NCBI GenBank assembly: GCA_038255145.1
Contig: JBBSLP010000021.1
Span: 10,491 to 74,490, forward strand
Direction of reading: 5' to 3'
DNA length: 64,000 bases
DNA from: Acidimicrobiales bacterium
GTDB lineage: Bacteria > Actinomycetota > Acidimicrobiia > Acidimicrobiales > CAIXPF01
The first letter of the stretch is position 1; every line of letters begins with the position of its first letter. Positions 59,116-64,000 of the stretch are shown here, piece by piece. The position numbers and the translations under genes are program-made. Below the pieces are notes generated by a model that had not been told where the DNA came from, ran no database searches, and saw only the letters and a program-made list of their open reading frames with translations.

Positions 59116-60000
59116 TCAGTAGATGACGACGGGGGTGTCGTTGGGCACGTGGTCCCAGATCCAGTCCTGGTCGGTGTTGCTCACCCGGGCGCAGCCGTGG
59201 CTGGCCGGGTAGGCGGGCACGAAACCGGAACCGTGCACGGCCCAGCCGCCGGTGTTGAAGTACAGCGGTCTGTACATGACCCCCAGCGGGCCCTCGTCCA
59301 ACCCCTCGATGCGGTAGATCACCGAGAACGTGCCCGTGGGCGTGTACGCCAAGCCGTCGCTGCCGTCGGGCCACTGGAAGGTCTCGCCGTTGCCGGTCGA
59401 GGTGTTGACCGCCCTGGTGGTCCCGTCGGTGACGATGAAGAGCACCTGGCGGCCCAGGTCGATCTCGATGCGGCTCGAGCCGCCCGAGGGCATCGAGCCC
59501 TGGGGTGCGGCCAGCCGGGCCAGCACCTCGGGACCGGGATCGCCGTCGACGCCCAGCCCCTCCACCTTCTGGAAGGCCATGACCGCCGAGGTCGTCTGGC
59601 TGCCGTAGTTCCCGTCGGTGCCACCGGGGTTGTAGCCCAGCTCGGTCAGCCGGGTCTGCAGCTCGACGACGGCGGGACCCGAGGCCCCCGGGCCCAGGGC
59701 CGGAGGAGGGGGCTCGGTGGTGGTGGTCGTGGGCGGCTCGGTCGTGGTGGTGGGCGCCGCGCTCGTGGTGGTGGTGGGCGCCTTGGTGGTCGGCGCAGCC
59801 GAGGCCGTCGTCGCCGTGGTGGCCTCCGTGGTGGTGGCCTCCGTGGTGGTGGTCGTGGAGGGGTCCGGCTGGGCCAGCTCCCCGGGGCCCGGTGACGAGC
59901 TGGCACAGGCCGACGCGGCCATGGTCACGGCCAGACCGCCCACCAACAGGAGAGCGGCAGACCGGCGGGGGCGCGAGCGATGACGCAGACGACGAAGCAA
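59116..60000 (-). CDS. L,D-transpeptidase (YkuD) with a peptidoglycan-binding domain; probable lipoprotein
   Basis: PG_binding_1-like GASGPAVVELQTRLTELGYNPGGTDGNYGSQTTSAVMAFQ; YkuD catalytic motif …AVHGSGFVPAYPASHGCARVSN; Thr/Pro linker; signal …LLLVGGLAVTMAASAC. The start is uncertain: TTG 60000 is proposed, but the ORF is open to 60225. Confidence 0.8.
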   Translation of the reverse strand: MLRRLRHRSRPRRSAALLLVGGLAVTMAASACASSSPGPGELAQPDPSTTTTTEATTTEATTATTASAAPTTKAPTTTTSAAPTTTTEPPTTTTTEPPPPALGPGASGPAVVELQTRLTELGYNPGGTDGNYGSQTTSAVMAFQKVEGLGVDGDPGPEVLARLAAPQGSMPSGGSSRIEIDLGRQVLFIVTDGTTRAVNTSTGNGETFQWPDGSDGLAYTPTGTFSVIYRIEGLDEGPLGVMYRPLYFNTGGWAVHGSGFVPAYPASHGCARVSNTDQDWIWDHVPNDTPVVIY

Positions 60001-60171
60001 GGACCCCGACCTTACCGGAGCCTTCCGTGGGTGGGCAGGCGCCCCCGTCAGCAGATCTACCCAATGGAACGGTGGATGGCCTGTCGACCGCGCCATCTCC
60101 TGGTGCGGGGTGGCGTCGGCCGACCACGCACTGTGGATTAGGGTCACATCGATCATGCGGATGGCGGCACG

Positions 60172-61113
60172 GTGGGGTGGTCGGTTGATGCTCGTGGTGA
60201 TCGAGGTCGTGGGTTGACCCGGCATCGTCGTTGGTGGGCGGCCGGCGGAACGGGCCTGGTCGTGGCCCTGGCCGGCGGTGTGCTCGGATGGGCCCCACCC
60301 GTGGGCGGCGCTGACTCGGGCGCGACCCTCGAGCCCCCCATGGCCGTCGCCGACGCCGGCCTGGGCGCGCTGTCCGCCGGTCCCGACCTACCTTTCGTCA
60401 CGTCCCGGGAGACCCCGGTGCAACCTTTCGTCAACGCCGTGGGCCTGTCCAGCCGCGGCGTCTTCTTCGTTGATCCCGCCGCCGCCCTGCCCGTGGTGCC
60501 GGGCCGGTTCGCGGCAGTGCCCGAGGATCCTGAGGGACGGTGGACGTTCGGGATGTACCCCCGCGGTGGCGGCGTGTTCGACCCCGTCCTGGCCGAGAAC
60601 CGTTGCCTGCAGCCACCGTTGGCCTCGGCCGTGCAGAACATCGCCCTGCGCTTCTCGACGCTGTTCGCCCATGACGGCCTGCACCTGGTGATCGGCGAGG
60701 GCAACTCGTACGGCGACCACGCCACCCACTACGGCGGCTCGTTCGTCGACATCTACACCAACCTGGCCAACGCCGGCACCGAGCGCTTCCTCGAGCGCCG
60801 GGGTCAGGGGCCGGACCCCTACGTGGCCGGGCTGCCCGTGGTGGCCAGCTACCTCAAGCGCGGCGGCAAGCTGACCTACGAGGAGTCCATCGCCCTGTGG
60901 CTGGCCATGGCCGTGATCGACAGCCGCCAGTTCACCCGGCTGATCTTCGAGGAGGACGTGGTGCTGCAGTTGGCCCGCAGCTACGCCGCCCAGCAGGGGG
61001 TGGCGTTCCGGGCCGACTCCATCCAGGCCACCGGCAACCGCACCCACTTCTTCCACATGCACCTCGAGAACGAGCCCCAAGGCTCCTCCCGCACCTGCGA
61101 CATCGCCGGCTAG
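60172..61113 (+). CDS. Secreted LAS-family (MepA/VanY-like) zinc metallopeptidase candidate
   Basis: H-x6-D (THYGGSFVD) and H-x-H (NRTHFFHMHL) match the LAS zinc-ligand pattern (compare MepA HxxxxxxD…HxH). The N-terminus is a twin-Arg-like signal (TRHRRWWAAGGTGLVVALAGG). The start is GTG 60172 or TTG 60214. Confidence 0.5.
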   Translation: MGWSVDARGDRGRGLTRHRRWWAAGGTGLVVALAGGVLGWAPPVGGADSGATLEPPMAVADAGLGALSAGPDLPFVTSRETPVQPFVNAVGLSSRGVFFVDPAAALPVVPGRFAAVPEDPEGRWTFGMYPRGGGVFDPVLAENRCLQPPLASAVQNIALRFSTLFAHDGLHLVIGEGNSYGDHATHYGGSFVDIYTNLANAGTERFLERRGQGPDPYVAGLPVVASYLKRGGKLTYEESIALWLAMAVIDSRQFTRLIFEEDVVLQLARSYAAQQGVAFRADSIQATGNRTHFFHMHLENEPQGSSRTCDIAG

Positions 61114-61325
61114 AGCTCCTCGTCGAGCCGCTCGGCCAGTTCGTGGCGGGCCGCAGCCGAACGCTCGAGCTCGTCCTCGTCCAGGTCGTCGAGCTTGCGA
61201 AGGTGGCCGTCGACGACCACCTCGTCGTCGAGCGGGGGGCGGGCCTTGGCCGTGGTCCGGTCGCCCGGCGTGGGGGTGTCGGCCCCACCGCCGCCGCCAT
61301 CGACACCGCCAGTCCCGGCGCTCAC
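61110..61325 (-). CDS. Hypothetical acidic protein (about 71 aa), translationally coupled to the HMA gene
   Basis: GTG 61325 overlaps the upstream stop (GTGA). The frame is GC3-rich: VSAGTGGVDGGGGGADTPTPGDRTTAKARPPLDDEVVVDGHLRKLDDLDEDELERSAAARHELAERLDEEL. It is embedded in a spurious 557-aa track ORF. Confidence 0.35.
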   Translation of the reverse strand: MSAGTGGVDGGGGGADTPTPGDRTTAKARPPLDDEVVVDGHLRKLDDLDEDELERSAAARHELAERLDEEL

Positions 61326-61540
61326 GACGCCACCTGGTAGCCGGCCTCTTCCACCGCGGCGCGGACCTGCACGTCGTCGAGAGGGACGGCACTGGTCACC
61401 CTGACCACACCCGAGCCGAGGTCGACGTCGACGTCGGTCACCCCGCCCACGGCTGTGAGCTCGCTGCGCACGGCCCGCACGCAGTGGTCGCACGTCATGC
61501 CCGTGACCTGGTAGCTGACGACGTGGTTGGCGACGGTCAT
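61322..61540 (-). CDS. copZ: Heavy-metal-associated (HMA) domain copper chaperone, CopZ-like
   Basis: MTVANHVVSYQVTGMTCDHCVRAVRSEL… (GMTCxxC). ATG 61540 is preceded by GAGGAGA. Confidence 0.8.
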   Translation of the reverse strand: MTVANHVVSYQVTGMTCDHCVRAVRSELTAVGGVTDVDVDLGSGVVRVTSAVPLDDVQVRAAVEEAGYQVAS

Positions 61541-61615
61541 GAGGTCTCCTCGGCGGGGGGGAGCGCAGGTGGCTACCCCCCCAGGGTACAAAGCCGACTG
61601 CGCCTGGACCGGAGG

Positions 61616-62029
61616 TCAGAGATCGACGACGACGTAGGCATCCTCGACGGCCACCGGGAAGGTCTCGGCCACGTAGGGGCCCTCGACCAGGGTCTGGCCG
61701 CTCTCCACGTGGGCGTCGTAGCTGCGCACCCGGATGCGGCGGGGGTCGCACCACGAACGCCCGGTGCGCACGTCGAACTCCCAGCCGTGCCACGGGCAGC
61801 GCAGGACCTCGCCCTGGTGGGACATGCGGTACTCCCCGGGCACGGCTGACTCGACGAAGCCGCACAACATGCCCCCGGCCAGGCTCGCCCCCTGGTGGGG
61901 GCAACGGTCGAGCAGGGCGAACAGTTCGTCCCCGATGTTCAGCACCACGATGTCGCGGCCCTCGATGGTCACCTGGCGCCGGGTGCCCGGGGGCAGCTCG
62001 GCCAGCGGCGCCACCACGTGGCGGGCCAC
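61616..62029 (-). CDS. Rieske [2Fe-2S] domain protein
   Basis: CPHQG … CPWHGWEF (CxH…CxxH); 137 aa. Confidence 0.85.
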   Translation of the reverse strand: MARHVVAPLAELPPGTRRQVTIEGRDIVVLNIGDELFALLDRCPHQGASLAGGMLCGFVESAVPGEYRMSHQGEVLRCPWHGWEFDVRTGRSWCDPRRIRVRSYDAHVESGQTLVEGPYVAETFPVAVEDAYVVVDL

Positions 62030-62032
62030 GGC

Positions 62033-63190
62033 TCAGCTCCGTCCGGGGCGCAGGTCGCCGTAGAGGTGGAGGGCGTTGTCGCGGAAGATCATGGCCCGCT
62101 GGGCGTCGTCGAAGCCCACGCCGAAGCACTGGGCGGGCTCGTCGTAGTCCCAGTGGGGGTAGTCGGTCGAGAACAACAGGCGGTCCCAGCCCATCCACTC
62201 GACCACCTCGCGCAGGTGGCGGGGCATGGTCGGCTCCTCCATGGGCTGCGTGGTGATCCACACGTTGCGCTTCAGGTAGGTGGAGGGGGGCAGGGGGACG
62301 TGGGGCACCTCGTCGCGGAAGCGGGCCCAGTGCTGGTCCAGGCGCCAGCCCAGGGACGCCGCCCAGGCGAAGCCGCCCTCGACGAGCACGATGCGCAGGG
62401 TGGGGAAGCGCTCGAAGACCCCCTCGAGGATCATGCTCGACAGCAGGGTCTGCATGCTCATGGCGTTGGAGTGGTGGTCCTCGGCGTAGAACGACGGGTG
62501 GCCCGACCCGGTGTCCGCCGCGCCGCTGTAGCCCCCGGCGTGCACGCCGATGGGCAGGCCGGCGGCCACCGCGGCCTCGTAGATGGGCCAGTAGGCCCGC
62601 TGGCCCAGGGGGTTGAAGGCCCGGGGCGCCATGGCGATCTGGGCGAAGTGGGGGTCCCCGGTGCGGGCCTCGATCTCGGCCACGGCGGCGTGGGCGTCCT
62701 CCTGGGCCACGGTGATGGAGGCCTTGAGGCGGGGCTCGGGCTCGGCCCACGCCGCCACCTGCCAGTCGTTCACCGCCGTGCACAGGGCGGCGCCGAACTC
62801 GACGTTGCGCTGGGCCATGCCCGAGGGGGCCAGCACCTGGAGCATGCCCAGTTCGACGTGGTTGGCGTCGAGGTGCTGGGAGCGCATGAACTCGAGGTCG
62901 GACCCGGGCAAGCCGCCGGTGGGAGGCCAGGCGTCACGGCGGGAAAGGGCCGGGGTGAAGCGGGGGTAGGGGGTGTTGGCGAAGAAGGGCGACCGGTTGC
63001 CGTTGCCGTAGGTCTCGAGGTGGCGCCGCCAGCGCGCCGACAGGAAGGGGTTCAGGTCGCTGGACCGGCGGGGAAGGGGGTGGATGTCGCAGTCCACGAT
63101 GGCCAGGGGGGTCCGGCTCCCCACCGCCGGGGCGGGGGCGACGTCCGCGGTGGTCACGCTGTCGATGCTCGTGGCTATGTCCAGGCTCAT
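62033..63190 (-). CDS. Amidohydrolase-2 (ACMSD/metal-dependent hydrolase) family protein
   Basis: …IVDCDIHP…GVHAGG…LLFSTDYPHWDYD…; 385 aa. GGAGG lies upstream of ATG 63190. Confidence 0.85.
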   Translation of the reverse strand: MSLDIATSIDSVTTADVAPAPAVGSRTPLAIVDCDIHPLPRRSSDLNPFLSARWRRHLETYGNGNRSPFFANTPYPRFTPALSRRDAWPPTGGLPGSDLEFMRSQHLDANHVELGMLQVLAPSGMAQRNVEFGAALCTAVNDWQVAAWAEPEPRLKASITVAQEDAHAAVAEIEARTGDPHFAQIAMAPRAFNPLGQRAYWPIYEAAVAAGLPIGVHAGGYSGAADTGSGHPSFYAEDHHSNAMSMQTLLSSMILEGVFERFPTLRIVLVEGGFAWAASLGWRLDQHWARFRDEVPHVPLPPSTYLKRNVWITTQPMEEPTMPRHLREVVEWMGWDRLLFSTDYPHWDYDEPAQCFGVGFDDAQRAMIFRDNALHLYGDLRPGRS

Positions 63191-63193
63191 GGC

Positions 63194-64000
63194 TCAGCCT
63201 CCTGTGCCGTGCGGTACGTGGGTGGCGGTCGCGCCGGCGGTCTCGGCCAGGCGGGGGAAGGTGTCGAGCGGGTTGTCGACCAGGACCCGGCGGGCCAGGT
63301 CGGCGGGAAACTCGTGGGGCAGGGCGTCGGTGCCCTCGAAGTGGTGGTGGGGTAGTCGGTGGAGAAGAGCAGCAGGCGGTCCGAGCCGAGCTGGTCCAGC
63401 ACCCGCTCGATGGCCGACGCGGGGGCGTCGAAGGGCTGGGTGGTGAAGCGCACGTGCTCGGCCACCACCTCCTCGGGTGGGCGCAGGACCCAGGGCACCT
63501 CGGAGCGCAGGGCCCGCCACGTCTTGCGGGCCCGCCACAGCAGGGTGGGCAGCCACGTCACCCCAGACTCGGCGAAGACCACCTTGAGGGTGGGGAAGCG
63601 CTCGAAGACACCCTCGTAGAGCAGGCTGAGCAGCTGGCTCTGGAAGGCGGCGGCCTGGGCCACGTAGTCCTCTACGTGGTAGCTGCCCCAGCCCGTGGCT
63701 CCGCTGACGGGGTGGCGCCCGGCGCTGCCCGCGTGCACGGTCACCGGAAGCCCGTGGGCGGTGGCGGCCTCGTAGATGGGCCACTGCGATCGACGCCCCA
63801 GGGGCTGGTCCACCATGACCAGCACGAGGACGGACACGAAGCGGGGGTCAAGGGCGCAGCGGTGGATCTCCTCCGCGGCCAGCTGAGGGTTCTGCCACGG
63901 CACCACGATGGAGGCCCGCAGCCGGGGCTCGGGGTCGAGCCACTCCTGCGCCACCCAGTCGTTCACCGCCCGGCACAGGGCTGCGGCCATGTCCTCGCTG
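63194..64000 (-). pseudogene. Paralogous amidohydrolase-2 gene, 5' end outside the window, with a 1-nt frameshift at a G4/C4 run (63349-63352)
   Basis: The upstream frame (ORF 63187..63990) reads …LLFSTDYP and then goes off-family. The family C-terminus HHHFEGTDALPHEFPADLARRVLVDNPLDTFPRL… continues in the frame of ORF 63194..63784. The paralog has STDYPHWDY at the same spot, which fits C5 having become C4. Confidence 0.65.

Overview
This is a high-GC chromosomal segment. It is probably from an Actinomycetota genome: it carries mycothiol-type DinB/MDMPI enzymes, several luciferase-like (LLM) oxidoreductases, a SARP regulator, a stand-alone LigD polymerase domain, and a tRNA-Glu with a G1-U72 pair. 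The window opens with a tRNA-Gln(CTG)/tRNA-Glu(CTC) pair. It then runs through a dense set of catabolic and accessory genes:
- oxidoreductases: a Baeyer-Villiger monooxygenase, five LLM oxidoreductases, SDRs, acyl-CoA dehydrogenases and a Rieske protein;
- hydrolases: amidases and amidohydrolases;
- CoA and acyl metabolism: a fused double CoA-transferase, a carboxyltransferase and a thiolase;
- four MFS transporters;
- the helicase HrpA;
- a cell-wall gene pair (L,D-transpeptidase plus a LAS-type peptidase);
- a VapBC toxin-antitoxin pair.

I found no CRISPR array, transposase, integrase or rRNA.

The features most worth follow-up:
1. An unclassified toxin-antitoxin-like two-gene cassette at 30802-31250. 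One partner is below the ORF-track size cut-off.
2. Four paralogous lipoprotein solute-binding proteins with no ABC permease or ATPase anywhere in the window. They share a possible upstream GAC-(G)ATAG motif, and one tandem pair has a mosaic identity pattern.
3. An unusually high density of disrupted genes. Four or five have large internal deletions, five have single-base frameshifts at short homopolymers, and one has an in-frame TAG.
4. A fused CoA-transferase whose second half lacks the catalytic Asp.
5. Tandem DUF3592-like membrane proteins next to a SARP regulator.
6. A translationally coupled DUF2330-cupredoxin operon.

I cannot point to a clearly novel multi-gene system with confidence. 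All family calls come from motif recognition by eye, not from searches.
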